From: Marsupella aquatica
Lineage: Eukaryota > Plantae > Marchantiophyta
Assembly: GCA_973895155.1 (NCBI GenBank)
Contig: OZ316895.1
Location: forward strand, 12,097,929-12,161,928
DNA length: 64,000 nucleotides
Direction of reading: 5' to 3'
Shown in pieces: positions 49,751 to 62,278 of the stretch (positions within the stretch are counted from its first letter, which is position 1; each line of letters opens with the position of its first letter). The position numbers were made by a program, and so were the translations under genes. A model generated the notes under the pieces. It did no database searches. It was not told the DNA's origin and saw only the letters and a list, made by a program, of their open reading frames with translations.

Positions 49751-51106
49751 AGAGAGAAGCTTTCTGGACGTCGTCGACTTGGAATTATTGACGACGTGTC
49801 TGTCAGGGCAGCCTCCAATACAAGTGAAGTAGTACTGTACACGAGAAGAGTGAAGGGCTTTCCTAAGGTTTGGATTAAAGATCGGGAAAAGGTCAATTTA
49901 GATCAACTGAATCTCCTAAGCTGGCTCTGCAAACTCTATCCAATGTGCATGTAGAAGAGCCAGTGAGATCATCTCCATTTGAGATGCCCTACTTTAAACA
50001 CCGCAAGATATTCTGCTGCCTGATTCTGGCCAGACAAAAACAATCTCGAATGATGTACGTGAGATCAAAACAAAATTTGCAGCCTCTATTGGCATAATCT
50101 CAAAGGGCTGTTTACTTTCTCATTCAAACTCGATGATACGAGCAGATTATCACAGGGGGGTATCGGTCATACTGACGACATCGTTACTTTAAGTAGTTTC
50201 CGAACCACAACGTCCATAATTCAAGATCAAGGCAAGTTCATAGAAATCCGACTTGGGCAGCCGTCTGTTCAGTCTTAGGTTCACCAGTCTTCCCACTCTT
50301 ATCTCAGATTTTACTCGGTATTCGCTAGCTCGGGAATGCATCTGATTCCTTCCTTTGTAGAGAAATGTGCAAAGTCGAAGAATTCCAAAAGGCAAACTAT
50401 TTCTCTTCCAGGCAAACTTCTAAGTCCACAGCACTTCTCAGTAGAAATAGTATGGCCTCGTCACCTGTGAGAAGCTATGCAGAAGTCGAAGTAGCTACCA
50501 GGTTGTCCTTAACCGCATTTCGTTACTACTTATTAAAATCTAACTTCATAATAAATCCATATCCATGCTCAGCTTGTCCGAAAACTATATCACCCTTGAG
50601 ATAAAGAACAAAATGAGCTGCTTATGCACCCAACAAGCACCAAATTTCAGTAAATAGCTTAGAAAAATTAGTATAGTGACTACAGAATGGAAGCCCTTAG
50701 CGCAGGTTCGACCTTCTGAACACCAATTGTGTTTCTTTACATTAGAAGATTTGTAAGTGATAGCGGGCGTAGGCTGCACATTGTCGACACACCATACAGA
50801 AACCCTGATGCTCTAAAAACCAGTCTGGCATCTCCAACAAAGCTTCCCATTCCAATCAAATGTTATTTCCTGGAGCTAATGACCAGTCTCATCATCCCTT
50901 ACTACTCAAGATGCTGCGTTGCTGGTAATTACAGTAAAATGTGCGCATAATGCAGAACATCTCGACCACAGGAAAATTAGGTCAGATTAGACCTTATTCG
51001 ACATACCGAAACTGAAATCCTCAACGAATCGTCAACAAAGCAAGAAAGCAAGCTTCCTGATCCCCCGTCAGGTCATGCAGCTACTGCAGCTATAGTACCG
51101 TCTCCT

Positions 51107-51448
51107 CTATTCATGCTCCTCATGCTTGTATTCGAATAGACCATCGGGGCCCCAAGGGAATTCCTTGTTCCGGATGTGCAAATAGGAGTATTCCTTCTTC
51201 TCCTCTTCCTCCTCGTGATGACCTCCTGCGAAACTGTAGATTCCTAGAAGAGTGCAAGTCACGTATCCTGCGATCGTTATGTTTCGCCATTTCATGGCCT
51301 CCTCCAGATCTTCGTGCTGCTGAGCTGAGGACCCAGACCCGGACTCGGCCGAGAAAGCTCTCTTGAACACATGCTGCTGCTGCTGCTGCTGCTGAGGCGG
51401 CCGTCGCAGCAGGATCGATCCAATCTTGCTCCTCAAAGCCTGCGCCAT
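51107..51448 (-). CDS. COX6A: Cytochrome c oxidase subunit 6a, mitochondrial precursor (113 aa)
   Basis: Transit-peptide-like MAQALRSKIGSILLRR..KRAFS, then KWRNITIAGYVTCTLLGIY (TM) and YSYLHIRNKEFPWGPDGLFE. CDS uninterrupted. Confidence 0.93.
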   Translation of the reverse strand: MAQALRSKIGSILLRRPPQQQQQQQHVFKRAFSAESGSGSSAQQHEDLEEAMKWRNITIAGYVTCTLLGIYSFAGGHHEEEEEKKEYSYLHIRNKEFPWGPDGLFEYKHEEHE

Positions 51449-52572
51449 TCTGTAGTCTCCCTCCTCTCCTGGCCCTGCCCTTCGGTCAGCTTTGCCCTCG
51501 ATTCGATGACAATTATCAATCCACCCTGACCTTTGCAACGCTACCGCACGACGAATGCGAAGACGCTTCTGCGCTCGCTCGCTCGCTCGCTCTATGTGAC
51601 ACAAAAGGGCCACAGGGCGAAATACCGTCGCGAACAATAATGAATCGAGCCAATGAAATATGAAAAATGCCTGAAGTACAACACTTTTTCTTTTTCTTTT
51701 TTTCCTTACCTGAAATTCAAAACTTTACCGTATGGTGAGGTACTTCCTTAACCGTGGTTGGACCAGGCCAGGAGTTGGAGATCCTAACTTTATTTCGCTA
51801 TCTCAACCCGTTGTCTAGATTTCTGGTACACTAGTGAGTGCCAATTTTATTGAACATAGATAGACGTGAGGAATGCCCATTATTTGAATAGAGGTGATTG
51901 ATAACATTCAAGTCAGCTTCACCTGTTTCAAAGACTAAGTCAGCTTCACCTGTTTCAAAGACTCACCCTGCCATCTCCTACTTCCACTTGCACCCTCAGT
52001 CTCAATTATGTCCCCAGAATTGTCTATTTTTTTGTTACACTAGCTCAAGTGCTTGTTCTTTGAACATGTATAGAGGTGAGGACATGCCCGTTCTTTGAAT
52101 GCAAATAGAGGTAATGACATGGAAGCCCGCTTCACCTATTTCAAGACTCTCTCTACCCCCATCCCGTTTTTCTACTTGCACCCTCCATTTCATTTATGTC
52201 CTCTAGATTCATGATCTAGAGGCCGGGCTAGAGGGTAACAACATTTTGCAATCAAAATGTTGTTAGAGCATAACAACAACATTTTGATTGCAATTATGCA
52301 GTTAGATACTTTTGGTACAAATTATACTCATTAACATTGTGGGCACCGGAGGTTATCTTGTTCGTTTTTGTATTTCCATTCACACCATTTTTCTTTTTAG
52401 AAAAGTTCCATTTGTTCCATGACGTGTTGATTTCCATTCACTCCCTAGCCACTTCTGGCAAATGAGGGCCATGAATGAAACTCAACAGTCATTTCTACTA
52501 TACAATGGGTTATGAGATTGCATTTCCTGACACATGGGTTCCCTGTTGGAGAATCCTCTATGAACCCCATAC

Positions 52573-52915
52573 GGTTGGGAAAACCGTCATGTAATAACCA
52601 CGAGCACAACCAGCAAGCATGCACACACCGACAACAAGAGATATGTGATTCACGTTTGTCAAGGGTACGTCCATGAGAACACGCAAGAGATTTACTCAAC
52701 TTTGGCCACCATGGCCACACAAAGCCTCTTTGCACAAGCTCTCCTCCTAACACCTAGCTAGCTCCCTCAACAATGAGCATGGGTCTCCAAGTTATAAGAG
52801 CTCTCCCTAGCCCCTCTATATGCTAAATGCAAGAGTTGCGGCTAATCACCATTAACAACCTAAGTAATGGCAGTTTAGCCTAAGTGTCAACCCAAGACTA
52901 GAGTTAACCCTAACA
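52573..52915 (-). mobile_element. Old solo LTR of a third related Copia family
   Basis: 343 bp; shares agagata-gtg-ttcac, tacgtcca-g-gaacac-caagag, caagctctcc, aacaatgagc and terminal ctaaca with the other LTRs. Imperfect TSD CATAC/CATAT; left terminus GG instead of TG. Confidence 0.65.
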
Positions 52916-52972
52916 CATATTCCAAAATTAATCATATGATTCTACCCCCTTTACAGACAATATAGTTACTAG

Positions 52973-53318
52973 TGTTGAGCATAAACGACAATCGCAATGG
53001 TAAGCACATGACACATCCAATGCGCAAGTAGTCGACACAAGAGATACGTGGTTCACCTCCTCAAGGCTACGTCCACGGGAACACACAAGAGAGCTTTACT
53101 GAACTCTAAGTCCGTCGGCTATACCAAGTCTCCACAGTGTAAGCTCTCCACATCTCTCAAGTGGCCCCATAACAATGAGCCTAAGTTCCACTTATCCAAG
53201 CAAACACCGCTTGGCATATAGTGTGCATCCTAGTTAACCTAACCACGTCTCCGACTACGGTAACTAGTCTAACTATGGTTATATGTTGTAACCCTAGACC
53301 TTGAGTAAATACCTAACA
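52973..53318 (-). repeat. 3' LTR of Copia-2
   Basis: 346 bp; direct repeat of 59132-59474 (about 14 substitutions and a 3-bp indel). Confidence 0.96.
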
Positions 53319-53490
53319 ATCTCCCCCTTGACTCTGGTCTAGGGGAGGGTAATATTGCTAACTATATGATTCCTCAACGGGAAGTTCTGGACGGAAACCA
53401 ACTAGAGCAAACCAGAACTAAGCCGTAGCCTATTACTAGGAGTGAATAAGAGCATATATCAATAATTACAACGAATGTTAAGAAAAACCC

Positions 53491-56400
53491 TTACTTGTGA
53501 CGCAATTGCAAAACCTGCAACACATCATGATGTCTAGAGAAACTTTCCAAATGAATCACTTTGGTAAATGCGTCAGCTGGGTTGAGTTTACCGTCTATCT
53601 TGACTAGCTCAAACAAATTATCAGACACAGCCTGCCTGATAAAATGGTACCTGACATCTATGAGCTTCACTCTACTGTCCATCACCTGGTTCACAGCAAG
53701 GTGGAGCGCACTCTGACTATCACAATGGAGCTTCACATTCCCCTGTGGCAATCCCATTTCAGTGATAAGTCTATCCAACCAAATTGCTTCCTTCGCTGCT
53801 TCCGCTGCTGCAACATACTCTGCTTCTGTAGTAGACTGAGCAATACACTTCTGCAAAGTAGACCTCCAACTTATGCATCCACCGCCAAGTGTGAACACGT
53901 ACCCTATTGTTGATCTCCTTCGGTCCAGATCTTGTCCATGGTCAGAATCTACATAGCCAATCAATGATCTTGCATTATTTGCATTTGCATCAAATCAAAG
54001 ACCATGATCCACGGTACCCTTCAAGTACCTGATAATCCACTTCACTGCTTCCCAGTGTACCTTCCCTGGATTCGACATGTACCTGCTTACCTTGCCCATA
54101 GCCATGGCAAGATTAGGTCTAGTGCAAGTCATCAAATACATAAGACTTCCCACTGCCTTATCATAAATTCATCGCAAATTTGTTTTAAATTAATAAACCT
54201 TTGACATCAGCCCCTTCTCTATCATATTTGTGAGACAAAAAGCTGATGATAATTTGAAGTGTGCAACCAAAGGGGTACTTACTGGCTTACTATCCCCATC
54301 TTGAACCTGACAATCACCTTCCTAGCATAATTGCTCTGTGTCAACCATAGCTTACCAGCCTCCAAGTCCCTAGTGATCTCCATACCCAAAATCCTCTTAG
54401 CTGGCCCTAAGTTCTTCATCTTAAACTCTGCACTTAGTAGTGCCTTGAGCTTAACAATCTCAGACCTATCCTTGGCCGCAATAAGCATGTCATCCACATA
54501 AAGTACTAAAACAATGAACCCAAAGACAATATTTTTCACCGGTTTCAAATATACACAAGGGTCAAACACACTCTTGTGAAACCTTGTGACCGAATCTAAT
54601 CGTCAAACCGCAGCTTGTTCCATTGTCTTGGTGACTGCTTCAACCCATACAAGGATTTCAGCAATCTACAAAGTAACTAGTTCCTCTTGTTCTCTCTTCA
54701 CAAAACCTAGCAGTTGTCTCATGAAGATCACCTCTTCCAAGGTGTCATAGAGGAAAGCTATGACAACATCCATCTGATCTAGCAGCAGACCAAACATTAC
54801 AACAAGCACACACAATAGCCGTATTGTAGAGTACTTAGCAACTAGTGAGAAGACCTCATTGTAATCCACACCTTTCTCTTGTGTGAATCCCTTTGCTACC
54901 AACCTAGCCTTGTAGACCTTCGATCCACTTCCTGTGGAATTATCCTTCAGCTTGTAAATCCACTTGCTGTCCACCACTTGCTGACCCTTAGGCAGCTTAA
55001 CAAGCTCCCAAGTTTTGTTGTCCTTCGGTGACTGCATCTCCGTTTGCATTGCTACAGTCCACTCCTGCTTCTCCTTTGAAATACTTGCCTCATGAAATGA
55101 AGAAGGTTCCCCTTCTTCCAAAACCAACGCATCACCCTCATCATTAGCTGCAAAATTGTCTTTTTGAAATTGAGATGAATCAACCCACTGTCCATACCTA
55201 GGAGGAGCGCGTACAGTGCGACCAGATGTTCTTCTAGTCGATGACTCCGATTGAATTGCATCTATTGGTATAATTTGAAGCTCAGCAGCATCCACTTGCT
55301 GCTCACCGGCATCAACAAACTCCTCTTATTCCTCTGGCAAAGGAACCAGCTCCATGCTTGGAGCACCTTCTTCTCTCTGATCATGTACCTCATGATCAAT
55401 CTCCCCCTCAACGAGATCCGGGATAGGAGATTTTCCTTTGTTAGTACGAGAGACTTGAGTATTCTCCCCCTCCTTCAATAATCTTGATTCATTGAAGGAA
55501 ACATCCCTACTGACAACGAGCTTACAAGCAATAGGATCCCATAGCCTGTAGGCCTTCACACCACTCTGATACCCAAGAAAAATACATCTCTTGGACGTAG
55601 GATCCAACTTGGTCCTATTTTGCTTCGGTGTGAGAGCATATGCATCACTTCCAAAAAATACCAAGCCATGATAGTCTGTTTTCCTCTTATAACGCATTTC
55701 AAACGGCGTTTTGAAATTGATTGCACTAGAAGGAAAAATATTTACCAAATAAGCTGTAGTATTGACAGCTGCTGCCCAAAATTCCTATGGTAAACCTAAT
55801 TGGCTCAACATACTCCGTGACCGCTCCAATAGTGTTCGATTGAGCCTCTCAGCAACACCATTCTGTTGCGGAGTATAAACTATGGTGAGATGATGAGTTA
55901 TCCCCTGTTCTGCACAGTACTCTTCAAATTCTATTGAAGTGTACTCCCCATCATTGTCTGACCTCATACTCTTCACCCTTGTATCCAAACACTTAACCGT
56001 GTTTCCTGTCTGATTCTCCACTTGGGCCTTCCACTTCGTAAAAATGGACAAGACATCAGACTTATGCGTCATGAAATAAATCCATACAAATCTTGAGTAA
56101 TCGTCAATAAATGATACATAGTACAATTTTCCAGAGTGTGAGGGAGTCGGGGATGGACCCCACACGTCACTATGTATGTACTCGAGAACCGCTTTGGAAC
56201 GATGAGTTCCAAAAAAGAAAGCACAACGATGTTGCTTTCCAAAAATGCAATGCTCACAGAAATCCAATTTACAAGATTGCAAATCAGAAATGAGCCCATT
56301 CTTCCGCAAGATAGCCAATCCCTTCTCACTCATGTGGCTTAGCCGTGAATGCCACAGTTAAGTCATTTCCTCGTGAGACTTGGTTACATTGGCCTCTCCA

Positions 56401-57744
56401 CATATTCTTCTGTCTGCTCCCCTTCAAAATCACTGTCTCTCCCGACATGACTTGAAGTTCACCATCAATTACTCACCATTGATGACCATTTGTATCCAAC
56501 ACACCGAGTGAAATCAAATTCTTACGCATGCCAGGTACAAACCTGACTCCAGACACTATGCGCACAATGTCATCAAACATTTGAATCTTTACAGACCCAA
56601 TACCCTCAACTCGACAAGATTGATCATTTCCCATCAAAACTGAACCGTTTGACACAGAATAAGAATTGAAATACTCGCGAATGTAACAAATGTGAAAGGA
56701 GCAAGCACAATCAAGAATCCACACATCATTTTCTCTCCTAGATGATGTGCACAGGGCATACTTCTGACTTCATAAAACATACTCATCATTGAGTAAATCA
56801 ACTTCTCCATCAGCACTAGCCACATTGGCTGATGAAGATTCAGCTGCCTTACCCTTACAATCCCTCTTAACGTGACCAACCTTGTGACACTTCCAGCAGA
56901 CTACTGGCTTTCTCTCCTGGGACTTCCCCCTTGAAGCAAATCTTGTCCTAGATTTACTTCTTCCCATGCCCTACGTGCGCTGCTCTTGACGCTTTTGTGA
57001 CCTCCCACAATTCACATTCAAGGCAGCACCAGACGATGATGATGGCTGAGAGGGCATGGTCAATTTCTGCTGCAAGTCATCAGTCAACAGAGCACTTACA
57101 ACTTCATTGTAAGTGATAGTCTTCCTGTCACGATGAAACAGCATTCGTGACAATGGCTGATACGATGAGGGTAAAGAGCTAAGCAAGTGAAGAGCCTGCC
57201 GCTCATCACTCAAATCCTCCCCCAGATTTTGCAAATCAACGACCAGGTCGTTGAAACCATTGATATGGTCCTGAATCTTTGCACTTCCCTCCATCTTGAA
57301 GCTCATAAGCTTCAAAGATGTGTAGAGCCGATTCGATAGCTCCTTTTGATGGTACTTTTGCTCCAACATGGTGAACAATGATGCACAATCGACATGGTCT
57401 GCCAATTGCTTGATGACATTAGGCTGAAGATAGAGCATCACGGTGCTCACAGCTTGCTCCTGCATGTCCTGCCAGTCATCATTGTCAACATCATTTGGCT
57501 GGTCTTTTAGCAATTTCCCAAGCCCCGTTGCACGGAGTACCCCCTTCACTTGTCGCTCCCACAACAAGTAGTCCGTGCGACCATCGTATTTCGTAACCTC
57601 AAACTTGGGACCTCCAAGCTTGATTGTCCCCATCCTTTTTCTTGTCACTCGCCGCAATACCGGTGACCATAATTCTGCTAGATCTTCCGCTTCCTCCTTT
57701 GTTCTCTCCGGTGACTCAACAGAACCCTCCTCCAAGTCACTCAT
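53491..57744 (-). pseudogene. Copia gag-pol polyprotein, disrupted
   Basis: FEVTKYDGRTDYLLW, CWKCHKVGHVKRDC, WILDCAC, HSDVWGP, YTPQQNGVAER, LYVDDML, GYVDSD and DVRYHF across broken ORFs. Confidence 0.95.
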
Positions 57745-59117
57745 GTGAGAAATCAAGAAAAAATGACGTTTTTCTCAACTTCTCAAAAAACTCAAAAGTT
57801 ATCACCGCCACGTAGCCCACAAGCCTAGCTTTCCAACGTTGAAAACCAAAATCAAAACCGAACTTCGACGTAAAAGTTATTCACTTTTCGGTCGGGGTGG
57901 GTAAAACTTGGAATTCTCCCCCGTTTTGACCACCTCGGGGAATAACCAAAATGTGAACTAGTACCCAACGTCGGAAATGCAATTCAATTTGTGCACCGCG
58001 TTGCCAACTCCGATGGCTAGCAATTTGTCAAAGATGAACGAAAAAGTTACCTTTCAGCGAACGGAATCAGAACGGAATCTTTGACGGACGGACAAAAAAT
58101 AGTTCTCTGGTTTTTTGGAATATTCTATGACCCTTGTACTCTATGGGAATTTTGGAAGAACAACCGAGGGGCTGACACGTGTCCTCAAACCCCCAAAACC
58201 CCCTACCACCCTTCGTCGTCGAAATTTGGTCACGCGCGCAGAAAATACACATGGCAGAATGTACCCCTCGATACCAAATGCATGATATCTCACTCAGGTT
58301 TTGACAAAATAAAGATCTGATTTCAGATTTGGAAACTAGACTCCGAGGCGGTGAAGATTGATATAAGAAGCACCCAAAACAAGGAAAGAGCGAGGGAGAA
58401 AAAATTGGTAAATATGACATATTTCTCTCAATTGCCATAGTCAATTTCGAATCAATTTTTCAAAGAGAAAAAAATGGTACCTTGTCAACAACGAATGTTG
58501 ATGAATTGCACTTGGTGTCGTCACCAAGTTCAACAAGGTAATTGATTTCGCTTAGCCTTCCTCTTTGCATCAAAGAGCCAATCCCAGACTCAAAACAATC
58601 GTCTTGCCTCAATCTCTCCATTGAGTCAAAACACTTGACGCTTCTCCCTCCGAGTCGATTGCCACGACAAGAAACCCCGCTCAGGCAAAAGAGGACTCCA
58701 TAGCCGGTCAGAAAATCAGAATGCTTCTTTTGCTCGTCCCGTCGCACACGGTACTCACTTGGTAACAAATCAGCTACCAAAACAAACAGCTCGTCCCGAT
58801 CTACAAGCAGAGCTATAGCATGCGATGTCTCCTTCGCCGTAGAGCTCATATTGTCGAGAAAATAAACTCTGGTCCCTCCAAAAAACCGTCGAACATGAAT
58901 GTTGCCAACTTTTTTCACAAAATCCAGAACGACAAAAACTTAGATCTCTCCGCACCACAAGCTCTGTTCAACGATTTCTTCACACCGTTAGAAAGTTTTT
59001 GCCCCGATCTATCCGTTGAGCCCATAAACTCCAAGTTCCATGCGACGAAACTCCGGGAAATCCACCGACACTCAATGTTGGAAAAACCGTCACGAACAGA
59101 CGTCACCTCCTAGGCAT

Positions 59118-59129
59118 GCTCTGATACCA
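59118..59129 (-). promoter_or_regulatory. Primer-binding site (tRNA-iMet) of Copia-2
   Basis: gctctgatacca = reverse complement of TGGTATCAGAGC. Confidence 0.95.
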
Positions 59130-59131
59130 AT

Positions 59132-59474
59132 TGTTGAGCATAGACGACAATCGCAACGGTAAGCACATGACACATCCAACGCGCAAGTAGTCGACACAAG
59201 AGATACGTGATTCACCTCCTTGAGGCTACGTCCACGGGAACACACAAGAGAGCTTTACTGAACTCTAAGCCCGTCGGCTATACCAAGTCTCCACAGTGTA
59301 AGCTCTCCTCATCTCTCAAGTGGCCCCATAACAATAAGCCTAAGTTTCACTTATCCAAGCAAACACCGTTTGACATATAATGTGCATCCTAGTTAACCTA
59401 ACCACGTCTCCGACTACGGTTAGTCTAACTATGGTTATATGTTGTAACCTTAGACCTTGAGTAAATACCTAACA
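59132..59474 (-). repeat. 5' LTR of Copia-2
   Basis: 343 bp, TG..CA, followed by TSD ACTAG. Confidence 0.96.
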
Positions 59475-60403
59475 ACTAGGTGCTTTTTCTTGTCTGGAGT
59501 AACCCTAGATGATTACAAATTTGATTCAAGGTTACAAAAAAGGAATGTGAGAGTATATGCATAATTGGTTACACATTCAAACACTCCCCACTACTACCTC
59601 CACCCACAATAGTATTTGTAGTGATAGATGATATGGATTTAGCGGGGGATTTGGAGTGTGCCATTTTGGGATCCCATCTGTGTCTAAAGGCTTGGATGGA
59701 AATCCTCTTCAAGCTTATGAATCTACAAAACATAGTTCATTAACAGCCCATCCCAAGCTTATACTCTGAAAACACACGTCATCACACCTTACAATGAAGT
59801 GAAATCCCAAGCAAGAGGAGAAGGTGATTTATTTTTTGATTGAAGGAAATGAAGTACAAAAGGGGGACCTTATTGCACATTGGTGATATCCTAGGGCAGG
59901 CAGCCATGGTAAGGTAGTTTTCTTTTGCACAGAATAAACAGAACTTCCAACAAGAGAAACAAGTAATAGAAATGTAGAGGGTATTCACACATCTGGGTTC
60001 TTGAAAGGGACTTAGAGTTCCCCACCTCTCCCGTCTATCACACCCATCAAAATGGGTTAGCCATGATTCAAATCATTGTCAAGTGCACTCGTCGGAGCAT
60101 TTGTAGAGTCATCAAACTCTATGATACTCAATCCCGCCCATTTGTGGGCGTCATCCTCTTTCAAAAGCATATATGGGCGGGAATCAAGCTCAGCCGTTGC
60201 ATCTAAAGTGCATTTTTTCCTTACCTTTGGATCACACAAATTTACCTTTGTTTATTACCCACAGTGCTTTGTAGCCTAGATCACTGTGCTTTTGTGGCAG
60301 CCCCTGCCCAGGCTACGTCAATCCCAAAGCAAGGAAGGTACAGTCCTTGCCTCCAGTTCCTTGCCTGGGCCACAATACCTACATGCACCTAGGCTGCCTG
60401 TGT

Positions 60404-60467
60404 CTAGACTGGTTTACAATGCATACATGCACTTAGGCCTAGACTGGTTTACAATGCATACATGCAC
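60404..60467. repeat. 35-bp-period tandem duplication
   Basis: ctagactggtttacaatgcatacatgcac twice. Confidence 0.88.
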
Positions 60468-61591
60468 GTAGGCTTCCTCTATTCTTTGTCTGTCTCTTTT
60501 TATTTGCCTCATAATTATGACATTCTCTTCCACTTATTTTAAAAGGACTCCCAACAAAAATAACCCAAATTTCATTTTCTTTTTTCAATGGCAATGCATG
60601 TAGGTTTCTTGGGTGTAGGTTTTCTTTTAATGGCCTGGAATTGTTTTCATCCTATAAAGATAGGGTGTTAGGGTTGGTAAATATTGTCTATTCACCTTGG
60701 CCGGGACCTTGACCCTCCCATCTTGCGGTTATTTTGGAGGGTGGGGGTGGTGTATTTATTTTCTTTCAATTGAGGGTGGGGTGAATTTTATCTGGCCGGG
60801 GAAGGAGGGCAGCCAGGGCTAACAAGGAGGGAGCACTAGGGGACTAATTTGTCTGATCCAACAATTGAGCAAAATCTTGTGCTCACCCCTAACCTCGTTT
60901 ATACAACAACATCTTTAACAGCAACTACCTCTTTATGCAGCAACTTCTTTTACATGACAATATCTCGTCCTCCAATCACAAGATCTTTGCACAATGACAT
61001 CTTTTTCTAGCAACAACATATTTTGCATAACAACATCTGTTACATATCCACATCATTCGTGCAACAACGTCTTTTGTGCAACGCACAGTTATTGAGCTAG
61101 TTTGGTACAAACTGAGAGCCATGACATATCACGATAGTCTATTGTACTTGTCAGGCTTTGTCCTACTAGCTTGTGCAGAGGAGGACTTCGAGCCTTGGGG
61201 AGGAAAATACATCTGCTTCAAACTTGGGGTGGCCAACCTGGCACACGATGGGGGTAAAAACAAAATGGGCACTTGGGCTGGTCCTGCTATAAAAAATGAC
61301 CTTGCAGGATGGTCCTGCCATATTTGCTCCTGGCCGTGAAACAGATTGGTGGGGGTGGTCTTAGAACAGAATATATAGATGCTGAGAAGTTTGTTAAGTC
61401 CTCCTGTAACCACTTGAAGTAAATTAAGGCTCCTTGGTTAGTAGTGTCAGATATCAAAGTTCACACATGTGTGCATCTTGGGTGACCCTCACACAAAGGC
61501 CCGAGTTGTTGTGTGGCAGTGTGATATAATTATATCAGCTTTTACCACATTACCACATTACAATTTTGTCACTGTTTTTTGTATTTACAAA

Positions 61592-62278
61592 CTAGCCCCG
61601 ACTACCCGTTCTTTGAACGTGAATAGCGGGGAGGACAATAAAAATGTCACCAAAATATATTCCTTATTCACATATTTTGAAGGTTAATGAAATGATAAAA
61701 AAATTATCATGCATATCATCATTCTAATAATTAGACATAACATACCATAGTACTCTTTTTTATGCACATCCCTAGTTTTTCTATCCTACATCCCACTTAA
61801 TATGCACATATAATATGGTGGGGCCGTAGAGATCAGTTTTTAATATAAATAAAAATCATAACAAAAAGCACTCATGATTATCATTTGACATGACATACAT
61901 CATAGATATCAGTTTTCTCATCATTCCACATGATGAGCCATGGAGTGGCGGTCTAGAGACTTCATTCTAGAAGCCTAGGCCGCAACTGTAGCTTGTAGTT
62001 ACAGATTTATAAGTAAGATATATTGTAGTTTTTGTATACAGTTATCATTTTTCTCATCATTCCACATGATGAGCCATGGAGTTATGGTCTAGAGACTTCA
62101 CTCTAGAAGTCTAGTCCCCAACTCTAGCTTGTAGTTCGAGATTTATAAGTAAGATATAGTTATCAGTTTTCTCATCATTCCACACGATGAGCCATGGAGT
62201 TAATGTCTAGAGACTTCACTCTAGAAGCCTAGTCCCCTACTCTAGCTTGTAGTTGGAGATTTATAAATAAGATATAGA
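61592..62278 (-). mobile_element. Complete non-autonomous Helitron-like element (~687 bp)
   Basis: On the minus strand: A|TCTATATC 5' end, 3' hairpin cgttc-aaa-gaacg about 11 nt before CTAG|T, no TSD, and three internal ~120-bp tandem subunits. Confidence 0.78.

Larger units (their letters stand above)
52973..59474 (-). mobile_element. Full-length decayed Ty1/Copia LTR retrotransposon, Copia-2 (sister family of Copia-1)
   Basis: LTRs 52973-53318 and 59132-59474, TSD ACTAG (52968-52972, 59475-59479), PBS 59118-59129, PPT 53321-53334. Confidence 0.97.

Noticed and set aside
47900-50400. Minus-strand ORF fragments suggesting a degraded gene
   Set aside because: No family signature recognised; frames are broken and partly produced by the 119-bp duplication.
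51449-51637. 63-aa N-terminal extension of COX6a
   Set aside because: Starts at a non-ATG codon; the ATG at 51448 gives a normal transit peptide.
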